64,000 nt of DNA from a virus, in IMG/VR virus record IMGVR_UViG_3300033148_003591, positions 1 through 64,000 of that record. One strand, given 5' to 3'. Every line of letters begins with the position of its first letter. Position 1 is the stretch's first letter. Positions 9,010-17,436 of the stretch are shown here, one piece after another. The notes under the pieces are model-generated. The model saw only the letters and a list, made by a program, of their open reading frames with translations. It had not been told where the DNA came from and searched no databases. A program made the translations under genes and the position numbers.

Positions 9010-9510
9010 ATGAAGATAAATAGAATATGGGCTATGCCTAATAAATGGACATTCACTATTAAACCAATAAAAGAATTACTACAAAAATATGTTAATCAAG
9101 GTTATTGGTGTGACCCATTTGCAGGAGAAAATAGCCCTGCACAGATTAAAAATGATTTATCGGGTAAAGTAGAATTTTGCATGGATGCTTTGGATTTTTT
9201 AAAATCAAGAAAAAATTCTGAATTTGACGGAATTTTATTTGACCCACCATATTCAATAACTCAAGCCAAACAATGTTATGAAGGTCGTGGTATGAATTTA
9301 TTAACAATTAAACCAACATCTATGAAATATTGGGCAGAGTGTAAAAATGAAATGAATAGAATATTGAAACAAAATGGAATTGTAATTTGTTTTGGCTGGA
9401 ACTCAATGGGGTTAGGGAAAAATAGAGGATTTAAAATGATAGAAATACTTTTAGTTCCTCATGGTGGTAGTAAAAATGACACTATTATAACTGTTGAAAA
9501 AAAACTATAA
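9010..9510 (+). CDS. short N6-adenine-type DNA methyltransferase
   Basis: DPFAG (motif I) and DPPY (motif IV); GGAGG RBS at 9001. Confidence 0.8.
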   Translation: MKINRIWAMPNKWTFTIKPIKELLQKYVNQGYWCDPFAGENSPAQIKNDLSGKVEFCMDALDFLKSRKNSEFDGILFDPPYSITQAKQCYEGRGMNLLTIKPTSMKYWAECKNEMNRILKQNGIVICFGWNSMGLGKNRGFKMIEILLVPHGGSKNDTIITVEKKL

Positions 9511-9560
9511 GAAACCCCATAACCCCCAAAAGAGAAAGTACCGGAGGGAAGGAGTAAGTA

Positions 9561-10022
9561 ATGTGTAAAACATTAGACACAAAAATTTATTGTTGTGATT
9601 GTAAATATTATAAATATCGACCTTGTATGGATTATAGACCTGTACCACCAAATATTTGTATGAGACTTACTGAGAGGTTTAGAAATGGAGTGGGTGAGGT
9701 AATCTTGAGAAGTTTGGTGGATTGTTTAAAACAGAATAAAAATCATAATTGTGTATATTTTAAACGAATTTGGTGGAAATTTTGGAGGAAATGGATAATG
9801 TCTAATATACTAAAAAAGAAAATAACATCTTCATCAACAATCAGTGAAGTACAATATAATACTACAACTAAAACTTTAACGATTTCATTTTTAAGTGGTA
9901 GTGGTTATGATTATTTTAAAGTTCCACATACTATTTATCTTGGATTAATAAATGCTGGAAGTGTTGGAAAATATTTTTGGCGAAGAGTAAGAAATAAGTA
10001 TGTTACAAAAAAGGTGAGGTGA
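9561..10022 (+). CDS. Cys-rich domain in frame with a KTSC domain (KTSC probably also starts at 9798)
   Basis: C-terminal SSTISEVQYN...L.ISFLSG..YDYFKVP...Y.GL..A.SVGKYF; internal GGAGG RBS. Confidence 0.7.
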   Translation: MCKTLDTKIYCCDCKYYKYRPCMDYRPVPPNICMRLTERFRNGVGEVILRSLVDCLKQNKNHNCVYFKRIWWKFWRKWIMSNILKKKITSSSTISEVQYNTTTKTLTISFLSGSGYDYFKVPHTIYLGLINAGSVGKYFWRRVRNKYVTKKVR

Positions 10023-10363
10023 AAATGGTTGATTTTACAGGTAAGGATGTAAAAGCGTTAAATTTATTTTTAGATAGGCAAATAGATATTGATAAGTTTG
10101 GTGAATTTAGAATTGGTTTATCAGATAAAGAAATTAATACCTATTTGAAACAAAGATATAACTCATATGCTAATTATTTAGGATTGAAATTGATGACTAA
10201 AGGGGAATTAAAATCATTACGGAAAAATTTTGATAAGATAGCTGGTGTAAATACATTGGGTGTGATTTTTATTAATGGTGAGGATAATGGTTTAATGTAT
10301 AGATATGATGTTAAGAGATTCGCTGATTTATTGTTTATGGGAAAATCAACACTTTGGGATTAA
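10019..10363 (+). CDS. hypothetical protein
   Basis: Coupled ORF. Confidence 0.65.
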   Translation: MKMVDFTGKDVKALNLFLDRQIDIDKFGEFRIGLSDKEINTYLKQRYNSYANYLGLKLMTKGELKSLRKNFDKIAGVNTLGVIFINGEDNGLMYRYDVKRFADLLFMGKSTLWD

Positions 10364-10403
10364 TATAATTATAGTTTAAACGTAAAAAGTAAGGAGAAAT
10401 AAT

Positions 10404-10763
10404 ATGAAAGTAAAATTATCAGATTTATTGAAAATGAAACCAGTAATTGAAAAATTAATTGCACAAGATGTGCCAGTTGTAGTAGGATATGATTTAATTA
10501 CTTTAGTTAGAGTATTTGAAATTCAGTTAGAAACATTTAGTAAGGTTAGAAAAAAACTTTTTACAAAATACGGTGAGGAAGATAAAGAGAAAAAAACTAC
10601 AACAATTGCAAAGGATAAAGTTAAAGATTTTGAAAAAGAGATAAATAAACTTCTTGACAAAGAAATTAAAGTTGAATGTAAAAAAATTAAAATTAGTTCT
10701 TTAGGAAATATAAAATTAAGTGTATCAGATTTAATGGTAATTGATGTATTAACAGAAAAGTAA
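10404..10763 (+). CDS. hypothetical phage protein (DUF1617-like)
   Basis: RKKLFTKYG...FEKEINKLL pattern; AAGGAG RBS. Confidence 0.55.
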   Translation: MKVKLSDLLKMKPVIEKLIAQDVPVVVGYDLITLVRVFEIQLETFSKVRKKLFTKYGEEDKEKKTTTIAKDKVKDFEKEINKLLDKEIKVECKKIKISSLGNIKLSVSDLMVIDVLTEK

Positions 10764-10841
10764 GAATAAAAGAAAATCCAGATTGAGCCTATCATATTTA
10801 TATTATCTTGGTGGGTTTAATCTGGATGATGGAGATAAATT

Positions 10842-11102
10842 ATGGATAAAGATTATTTTAGTTTAGACCAAGAAGTTGAATTTAAAAAAATCAAAGAAGC
10901 TTATTCACAAGAAATTATGAAGAATAGAGATTTAATGATTGACACTGACAAGATTAAGAAAAACAATGACGACTTAGCTGAAGCGTTATGTGGAGTGATG
11001 GAAGAGAGAAATGAGTTAAACAAAGCATTAGATATGGTAATTGAAGAAAGAGATGAATTAATAGAAAACATTAAAAAATTAGAGGAAAATAATCATGGAT
11101 AA
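10842..11102 (+). CDS. coiled-coil hypothetical protein
   Basis: Heptad pattern; GGAG RBS. Confidence 0.65.
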   Translation: MDKDYFSLDQEVEFKKIKEAYSQEIMKNRDLMIDTDKIKKNNDDLAEALCGVMEERNELNKALDMVIEERDELIENIKKLEENNHG

Positions 11103-11610
11103 TAAATATCAGTTGATGTGTAAAAAGGCTATTAAAATACAAGAAAATTGGAATCCACGAACAGGCGATATTATTTCTATGTGTCAACCGAATCATTGTA
11201 ATACTACTGTTGTAGATATTATAGCAAGAGAAAATTATGATGATAAAATTTTAGATTTTTCGCTTGATTCTGGAGAATATAATGAGATATTTCTTGAAAA
11301 ATCAGCAAAAATATTTACTGATTATTGGTCGAGGCGTTTTTCTAATCAATGGTTTGATATTAAAGATTTTGAAATTACTTGGCTTCCCCAACAAGAACAG
11401 TTGCAGGATATGTTAAATATAGGCGATTTTACATATTTGGTTAGTGATTTTTCAGAGTGGGTATATCAACAACAAGGATTTAAATTCTATGTTTTTGGTA
11501 AAGAAGAAGTAAAAATATTCAATTCAACGAAACAACTATGGCTGGCATATGTAATGAAACAAAAATATAGCAAAGTTTGGAATGGAAAGGATTGGATAAA
11601 TAATGGATAA
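11095..11610 (+). CDS. hypothetical phage protein
   Basis: ORF; WLPQQEQLQDM and QLWLAYVM...W motifs. Confidence 0.7.
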   Translation: MDNKYQLMCKKAIKIQENWNPRTGDIISMCQPNHCNTTVVDIIARENYDDKILDFSLDSGEYNEIFLEKSAKIFTDYWSRRFSNQWFDIKDFEITWLPQQEQLQDMLNIGDFTYLVSDFSEWVYQQQGFKFYVFGKEEVKIFNSTKQLWLAYVMKQKYSKVWNGKDWINNG

Positions 11611-11872
11611 TATGTATTTAACACTTGCAAAAAATATCATTGGTCAATGTGAGGTAGGTAATGTTGATGTTATTGTTTTTGTTAAAAACGGTGATGAAAA
11701 AGTAAAACTAACAAATACTATTGCTGCATTACAACACACAATGCATTTTGAAGGATTTAAGCGTAAAGGAAAATTGGAACTATTTGGTAAAAAAATAAAT
11801 ATTATTAAGGCACATAAGGGTGCTGTAAATGGATATAAATATGGTAATGCGAGAATTTACTCTCTTAGTTAG
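11603..11872 (+). CDS. hypothetical protein
   Basis: Coupled ORF. Confidence 0.6.
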   Translation: MDNMYLTLAKNIIGQCEVGNVDVIVFVKNGDEKVKLTNTIAALQHTMHFEGFKRKGKLELFGKKINIIKAHKGAVNGYKYGNARIYSLS

Positions 11873-11875
11873 TAA

Positions 11876-12184
11876 ATGGAAAGGGTTGTGATGAATACAT
11901 TTTTATTAATTGTTGGATGTATTATATTTTTATCTATAATGCTATTTGATGAATATTGTTCGTATATAAATTATTCTGAAGAAGAATTAGATAATGAATT
12001 AGAAATACTTAAAAGAATATGTAATTCAAATACAGAATATACAAATGACTATTATGTTATAAAATCAAATGAAAATGATAATTGGAAAGAAGAAATACGG
12101 CAATATTTAGAATGTTATTGTCCGGCAATTTTTTCAAAATTTTTAATTAATCGAATAGAAGAAATAATAGAAAGCACCAACTAA
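11876..12184 (+). CDS. hypothetical protein with N-terminal TM
   Basis: Hydrophobic N-terminus. Confidence 0.55.
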   Translation: MERVVMNTFLLIVGCIIFLSIMLFDEYCSYINYSEEELDNELEILKRICNSNTEYTNDYYVIKSNENDNWKEEIRQYLECYCPAIFSKFLINRIEEIIESTN

Positions 12185-12185
12185 A

Positions 12186-12452
12186 ATGAATCTATATATT
12201 TTTACTTCAGATACATGTCCAAAATGTTCGGCTGTTAAAAAAGAAATTACACAAATTGCTACAAAACTAAGTATCAAAATTGAAAATGTTATAATTGGCG
12301 ATAAAAGTTGGCAACAAAACTATATTGCTGCGTATTTAAATGTACTAACAGTTCCTACAATAATTGCGTTTGATATGTATAAATATGAAATAGCCAGATG
12401 GTGTAATTTTGTACCGACCATAAAAGAAATTGAAAAAATTCGGAATTTGTAA
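12186..12452 (+). CDS. thioredoxin/glutaredoxin-like protein
   Basis: CPKC active site and cis-Pro VPT motif. Confidence 0.75.
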   Translation: MNLYIFTSDTCPKCSAVKKEITQIATKLSIKIENVIIGDKSWQQNYIAAYLNVLTVPTIIAFDMYKYEIARWCNFVPTIKEIEKIRNL

Positions 12453-12604
12453 CTTGTGTATTTGTAAGTGGTTATAGAAATTTTCAAAAACTATTTTAAA
12501 ATAATCACTTGACAAGGGTGTTTTTCTAACTTATTGTAATTAAACGACTTACCAATATCGCCTAAAATATTTTTTCTCCTATCCTCTTTAATTTCAAATA
12601 CTTA
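12450..12604. repeat. three 25-bp TAA...TTA elements (IHF-site-like)
   Basis: 12450-12474, 12527-12551, 12580-12604; same length and ends as the 1380-1605 elements. Confidence 0.5.
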
Positions 12605-12632
12605 TAACATCGTAAAATTTTGGACTTGAATA

Positions 12633-12641
12633 TGGTATACT
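12633..12641 (+). promoter_or_regulatory. extended -10 promoter upstream of the packaging genes
   Basis: TGGTATACT, as in the other phage promoters; no good -35. Confidence 0.45.
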
Positions 12642-12698
12642 TGTTATATAAGGTTAAAAGAACATATTTTAATATACAGGATAAAGTAAGGGATAATA

Positions 12699-13484
12699 AT
12701 GGATAAAGAATTACAGGCAAAAGTTAATCAGTTTCGTGGAATGAAAAATTTTAAAGGTTATACAGAATCTCAATTAATTGATGCTGCAAATAAAAGTTTA
12801 AAAGATAAAAAATTAAAGGCACAATACGATTTCGTGCTCGATGGGCTGCCTATCACAGACCCCAAAGATAAAAAAATAGTTAAACAAATTTTAGTTGATT
12901 ATTTAGATGGTGTTTACATAGAGAATAAAAAACAATTATTTCAACTTAAAGATTTAGTTTTTAATGAGTATAAAAAACGCACAACACGGGAAATAATAGA
13001 ACAACAGGAAAAGGCAAAACCAAACTCAGTTGCTAAATATGCTTATGAAGCTTATCATCAATTAATTGAACAAGGTCAAAAACTTGCTGAGAAAATATTT
13101 GGTTCTAACTTAAAAGATGACATAAGTGTATTAAAACAATTATTTGTTAGAATGAAATTGTGGCTGGAGGAAAATCAGGGGTCACGTACTTTTAAATGCG
13201 CTTGTTGTGGCGAGATGTTGATGACAAAAATCAGGATAGATAAATATGATGTACAAGCGCATCCTTATTTTAAAGACCGCTTGCTGACAAACAAGTTTTT
13301 GATGGAAAAATATATTGAAGGGAAAAAAGTTATTGTAGATGAGCATTTTATTGCTAAAACATTAGATTGTTCATCGCTGTACACGGATTGGTATCTCCAA
13401 AGGCATTTTAATAAAAACCATCCACTTTATAAGAGATATTTGGAACGGAAAGAAGAAAATTTAATTAGAAAAGAGAAAAAGTAA
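12699..13484 (+). CDS. putative terminase small subunit (positional)
   Basis: First gene of the morphogenesis operon; helical, with CACC; no diagnostic motif recognised. Confidence 0.4.
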   Translation: MDKELQAKVNQFRGMKNFKGYTESQLIDAANKSLKDKKLKAQYDFVLDGLPITDPKDKKIVKQILVDYLDGVYIENKKQLFQLKDLVFNEYKKRTTREIIEQQEKAKPNSVAKYAYEAYHQLIEQGQKLAEKIFGSNLKDDISVLKQLFVRMKLWLEENQGSRTFKCACCGEMLMTKIRIDKYDVQAHPYFKDRLLTNKFLMEKYIEGKKVIVDEHFIAKTLDCSSLYTDWYLQRHFNKNHPLYKRYLERKEENLIRKEKK

Positions 13485-13486
13485 GG

Positions 13487-14152
13487 ATGTTTTGGATGAC
13501 AAAAGAAGAAAAGAAAACTTATTATCAAAATTATCGTTTAAATCATAAAGAACAAATTAAAAAAGCGAAACATAAGCATCATTTAAAAAATAAAGAAAAA
13601 ATCAATAATAAAAGTCAGAAATGGCGCAATGAAAATAAATATAAAATTTTGGAATATTATTTAAAAAATAAAGAAAAAATCAATATTCAAAATAATACTT
13701 GGAAAAAAGAACACCCCGATTATAATAAAAACTGGCACAAGAAATATCCTTGGATGGGGTTTTTATATCACGCCAAACAAAGATGTATTAATAAAAATAA
13801 TCAATTTTATAAATATTATGGTGGTCGTGGGATTAAATGTTTAATTACAAAAGAAGAAATTAAGAAACTTTGGTTCAGAGATAAGGCATGGTTATTAGAA
13901 CAACCAAGTATTGACCGTAAAGAAAATGATGGTGATTATACGTTTGAGAATTGTCAGTTTATTGAGTTAATTGATAACGCAATTAAAGATAAGAAAAAAT
14001 CTATTAATCAATTTGATTTACAGGGAAATTTTATAAAAACATGGGAAAGTATGATGGAAATTCAAAGAACATTGAAATTTTCTCAAGGTAATATTTCTAT
14101 GGTATGTTCAGGTAAACGTAAATCATCTAATGGTTTTATTTGGAAATTATAA
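13487..14152 (+). CDS. HNH-like homing endonuclease (family A) with C-terminal NUMOD1-like domain
   Basis: YGGRGIKC...SIDRKENDGDYTFENC; C-terminal QFDLQGNFIKTWES...ISMVCSGKRKSSNGFIW. Confidence 0.8.
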   Translation: MFWMTKEEKKTYYQNYRLNHKEQIKKAKHKHHLKNKEKINNKSQKWRNENKYKILEYYLKNKEKINIQNNTWKKEHPDYNKNWHKKYPWMGFLYHAKQRCINKNNQFYKYYGGRGIKCLITKEEIKKLWFRDKAWLLEQPSIDRKENDGDYTFENCQFIELIDNAIKDKKKSINQFDLQGNFIKTWESMMEIQRTLKFSQGNISMVCSGKRKSSNGFIWKL

Positions 14153-14222
14153 ATAACCAATGTGTACAATAATAACATCCTATTTATTAATAAATTAATA
14201 TTTAGTTAATTGGTTATAAATT

Positions 14223-14550
14223 ATAACTACTTGCTCCAGGTTAAATTTTCCGAAAGGACTTTAATTCTGGTACTGAAATTATAATAAGATATCTAGTGAG
14301 AGGATGGTGTTAAGATTTAGTCTTAACGAATCTCACGCAACATTCATGGATGGAGATTTAGCTTTTCGAGATTTTCTAGCGATAGGGGTGCTAATACTCA
14401 TGGATGTCACTCAAAAATCTTATTTTATTAATGCTTGAGAGCCAGGAAAAATATTCTTGTCTCGATTTCAGTTTAGTTATGGAGTCGCAAAGCGTCATCA
14501 TACTAAGCTTGATTGTATGGGAATCTCTGCTATGGACAGTGGGGATTCCT
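14223..14550 (+). ncRNA. candidate structured non-coding RNA (~330 nt), family not recognised
   Basis: Nested long-range helices and GNRA tetraloops found by hand; see findings. Confidence 0.55.
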
Positions 14551-14574
14551 CTCTATTTATATAAAGGATTATGT

Positions 14575-17427
14575 ATGGCTAACAAAATTCAGGAGAAATT
14601 GACAGAGGAAGAAATAAGTTTAATGGAGACAATGTTTTATCCTCCAGCATTAGCTGAGTGTCTTTTTTCTGATTTTAATAATATGTCTGATTTTGATGAA
14701 AAGAAATTTAGAACAATTAGATGGTATCAGTATCCCATGCTTAGTTGGGAGAGTTTCTACGATTTTGAGAATTCAGGTTTAACTGAACAACAACAATTTG
14801 ATTTACGTAAAGGTGCGAGTGATTGTTATTGTGTTGGCGGGAGGCTTACTGGAAAGACAGCGATTTTTCAAGTAGTTGATTTATTGTTGAGAATGGTTTA
14901 TAGTCTTTTTTATGGTGCAGAAGAAATTGGTTTTTCAGCTTATGTATTTAATAGAATTCAAAAAGTTTTAGATAAAGTAACTATGGCTGCAAAATCGCAT
15001 CCATTTATTAAGGAATTATTCCATTGCTCTACTGCTCGGTCTGCACCTTATACAATTTCGGCAAATACTGGATTTAAGATTTTTGGTATAAATGCTAATG
15101 TTAAAGGTAAAACTCCTGGTGATAGTTTTTATGGATTACATTTAAGAGTTCTTTTTATAGAAGAAACAAGTTTTGAAACTGAAAAGGTATATCGAGCAAG
15201 AAAACACAGTCATGATGAATTAGGTTGTGTTTTTAGACAAAGTGGTATGACAAATTTTAGGAAAACATCCCCAATCGGGCAGATTTTGAAAAATCCTAAA
15301 AATAAAAATAAAATATTAAATTTACCACAAAAAGTTAATCCTACCTATAATAAAGGAATGGATGAAGATTACATAGATGAATTTGGCGGAAAAACTTCGG
15401 AAGGATATCGTATTTTTTGTGATGGAGACATCATTGAAGATAGAGCATCTATTTTTGACATGGAATTCATTAGGGATGAATTAGTTGATACTGATGTTGC
15501 TATTAAAAACTATGATATAGATAATGACACCTTTCCGATGTATGCAACAATTTTAAATACAATAATAAGACCAAATAATGCTAATCGAATTTTTATAGGA
15601 ACTGATATTGGAAGAGGAAAGGGAATAGGCAGCACTGAAATAGCTATTTTTTCTGAAATAAATACTGAAACATTACCTGTTTATAAATATTTATATAATG
15701 TTACATTAAGTGGTTTATTTGATGACGAATTACAAAAAGAAATATTTAAATATTTAATAGATAAATTAAACGCTGAAATGCTTTCTATTGATATTGGTGA
15801 TGGAAGTATTGATAAAGATGAATTAATAATTTTAAAAGTTGATAATAAAATAATTTACTGTAGAGCAAAGGATTTAGATAAAATAAAAAAATCGTCTAAA
15901 ATAGAAGCTCCAACTTGGAATAATGGAAACCTGGAATGGAAAATTGCATCTATTTTTAAACATGAATATACAGGAGATATGTTAGAATTTAAAATTAATC
16001 CTTCTTCTGGAACTGTTAAGGTTACGCCAAACCATTCTATGATGGTTTTTGAAAATGGAAATTTAATAGAGAAAGAAGCATCTAAAATAAAATTAAACGA
16101 TTGGGTTGTAACACCAAAAAAATTATTATCTAAAGTAAGCAAATATAAATTTATCAAAGCTAATTTTTTAGGTAAAGAAAACAATATAAAAGTAGATGAA
16201 GATTTTGGATATTTTATTGGATGGTGTGCAGCAGAAGGTTGTAGTAAAACAACTAATTATCAACTTTCTCTTGGAGATGAAAAAAAAGAAGCCAATAATC
16301 TTTTAAAATTATCAAGAAAAATTTTTAGTATAAAATCTGGGTATATCAATCAGCAGGATAAAAGACATTTACCAAAACGAAAATTTAAAAAAGGTTATAT
16401 ACATCAAAATGTTATTACTCAAACCGTTGTGATTGGTGGAGGTAAAGGAGTTTTAAGATTAATAGAAGAATTAGTGGGCGTTGGAGCTAAAAATAAAAAA
16501 GTTCCTAATGTGATATTAAATTCACCGCTATCAGTTAAAAAAGCATTTTTAAAAGGATTGGTTGAAGGCGATGGACATATTAGACAACGTAAAAGTAAAG
16601 AAACGACTATTAAAGTTATTAGTGAAAAATTAGTTTATGGAGTTGATTTAATATTAAGAAATTTAAATTTATATGGAACATTCGGTAATTCAAATGAGGG
16701 ATATAATACAGCTTATACAATTTCTTGGACAGATAATCAATTAATTGGCAGATGGAAAGGTATTCCAAATAATATTTTAAACATTAAATCAGGAATAGAT
16801 AGATTATATAAAAAAGTTTATAGTATTAATTCGTTAATTAAAAGAAAAGTATCTAAAGAAAAAATTAAAGAATTTAAAAAATTATTAGGTTATGATTTTG
16901 AATTTAGAAAAATTATTAAAATAAATAAATATAAATATAATGATTATGTGTATGATTTAATGGTTAATGATAATAATACTTTTGTGGCTGGAAAAGGTAA
17001 TGTTTTAATTCATAACACAGGTGCAAGTATTTATAATACATTGATAAAAATATATCCTAAAAATATTTATGGATATTATGGTAATGCAAAAATAGTTACT
17101 GGTTATCAGGTTAATGAAAATGGCGATGTAAAATTAGAAAATAATAAACCAATTCCAACAGAAGAATTTGCAGCAGAATTTTCTGTTAAAAGATTACAGC
17201 AATTATTTTATAAATCAAGAATACTTTTACCATTAGACCCAAAGTTTGACAAACAGTTTGACCAAGTAACAGCACTTTATAATGCCAATAGAACAATTTA
17301 CAAATGTATGTCAAAAAATGACCATTTATTTGATGCCTTTAGAGTATTTGCTATAGCACAATGGATATGGGAATTAAAATTTTTAGAACCACCGAAGACA
17401 AAAGAAATGTCAATAAATTTCGTATAA
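14575..17427 (+). CDS. terL: terminase large subunit (intein-containing)
   Basis: Walker A GGRLTGKT, Walker B VLFIEE, nuclease GTDIG and NDHLFDA; start at 14575 after AAAGGA. Confidence 0.85.
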   Translation: MANKIQEKLTEEEISLMETMFYPPALAECLFSDFNNMSDFDEKKFRTIRWYQYPMLSWESFYDFENSGLTEQQQFDLRKGASDCYCVGGRLTGKTAIFQVVDLLLRMVYSLFYGAEEIGFSAYVFNRIQKVLDKVTMAAKSHPFIKELFHCSTARSAPYTISANTGFKIFGINANVKGKTPGDSFYGLHLRVLFIEETSFETEKVYRARKHSHDELGCVFRQSGMTNFRKTSPIGQILKNPKNKNKILNLPQKVNPTYNKGMDEDYIDEFGGKTSEGYRIFCDGDIIEDRASIFDMEFIRDELVDTDVAIKNYDIDNDTFPMYATILNTIIRPNNANRIFIGTDIGRGKGIGSTEIAIFSEINTETLPVYKYLYNVTLSGLFDDELQKEIFKYLIDKLNAEMLSIDIGDGSIDKDELIILKVDNKIIYCRAKDLDKIKKSSKIEAPTWNNGNLEWKIASIFKHEYTGDMLEFKINPSSGTVKVTPNHSMMVFENGNLIEKEASKIKLNDWVVTPKKLLSKVSKYKFIKANFLGKENNIKVDEDFGYFIGWCAAEGCSKTTNYQLSLGDEKKEANNLLKLSRKIFSIKSGYINQQDKRHLPKRKFKKGYIHQNVITQTVVIGGGKGVLRLIEELVGVGAKNKKVPNVILNSPLSVKKAFLKGLVEGDGHIRQRKSKETTIKVISEKLVYGVDLILRNLNLYGTFGNSNEGYNTAYTISWTDNQLIGRWKGIPNNILNIKSGIDRLYKKVYSINSLIKRKVSKEKIKEFKKLLGYDFEFRKIIKINKYKYNDYVYDLMVNDNNTFVAGKGNVLIHNTGASIYNTLIKIYPKNIYGYYGNAKIVTGYQVNENGDVKLENNKPIPTEEFAAEFSVKRLQQLFYKSRILLPLDPKFDKQFDQVTALYNANRTIYKCMSKNDHLFDAFRVFAIAQWIWELKFLEPPKTKEMSINFV
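15805..17016 (+). mobile_element. intein with LAGLIDADG endonuclease (404 aa)
   Basis: N-terminal S (SIDKDE), block B VTPNH, IGWCAAEG and LKGLVEGDG, VYDL...HN followed by T. Confidence 0.9.
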
Positions 17428-17436
17428 GGAGTGTTT

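Noticed and set aside
14223-14550. Group I intron, cobalamin riboswitch, tmRNA or RNase P identity for the structured region
   Set aside because: Only fragments resemble them (AAGATTTAGTC, CGCAAC, GAGCCAGGA); no P3/P7 pseudoknot order, no GCCACTG/GGGAAG, no tRNA-like ends; not formally excluded without cmscan
14404-14574. 57-aa N-terminal extension of TerL in the ORF track
   Set aside because: Atypical composition, overlaps the structured RNA candidate, and a better RBS precedes ATG 14575
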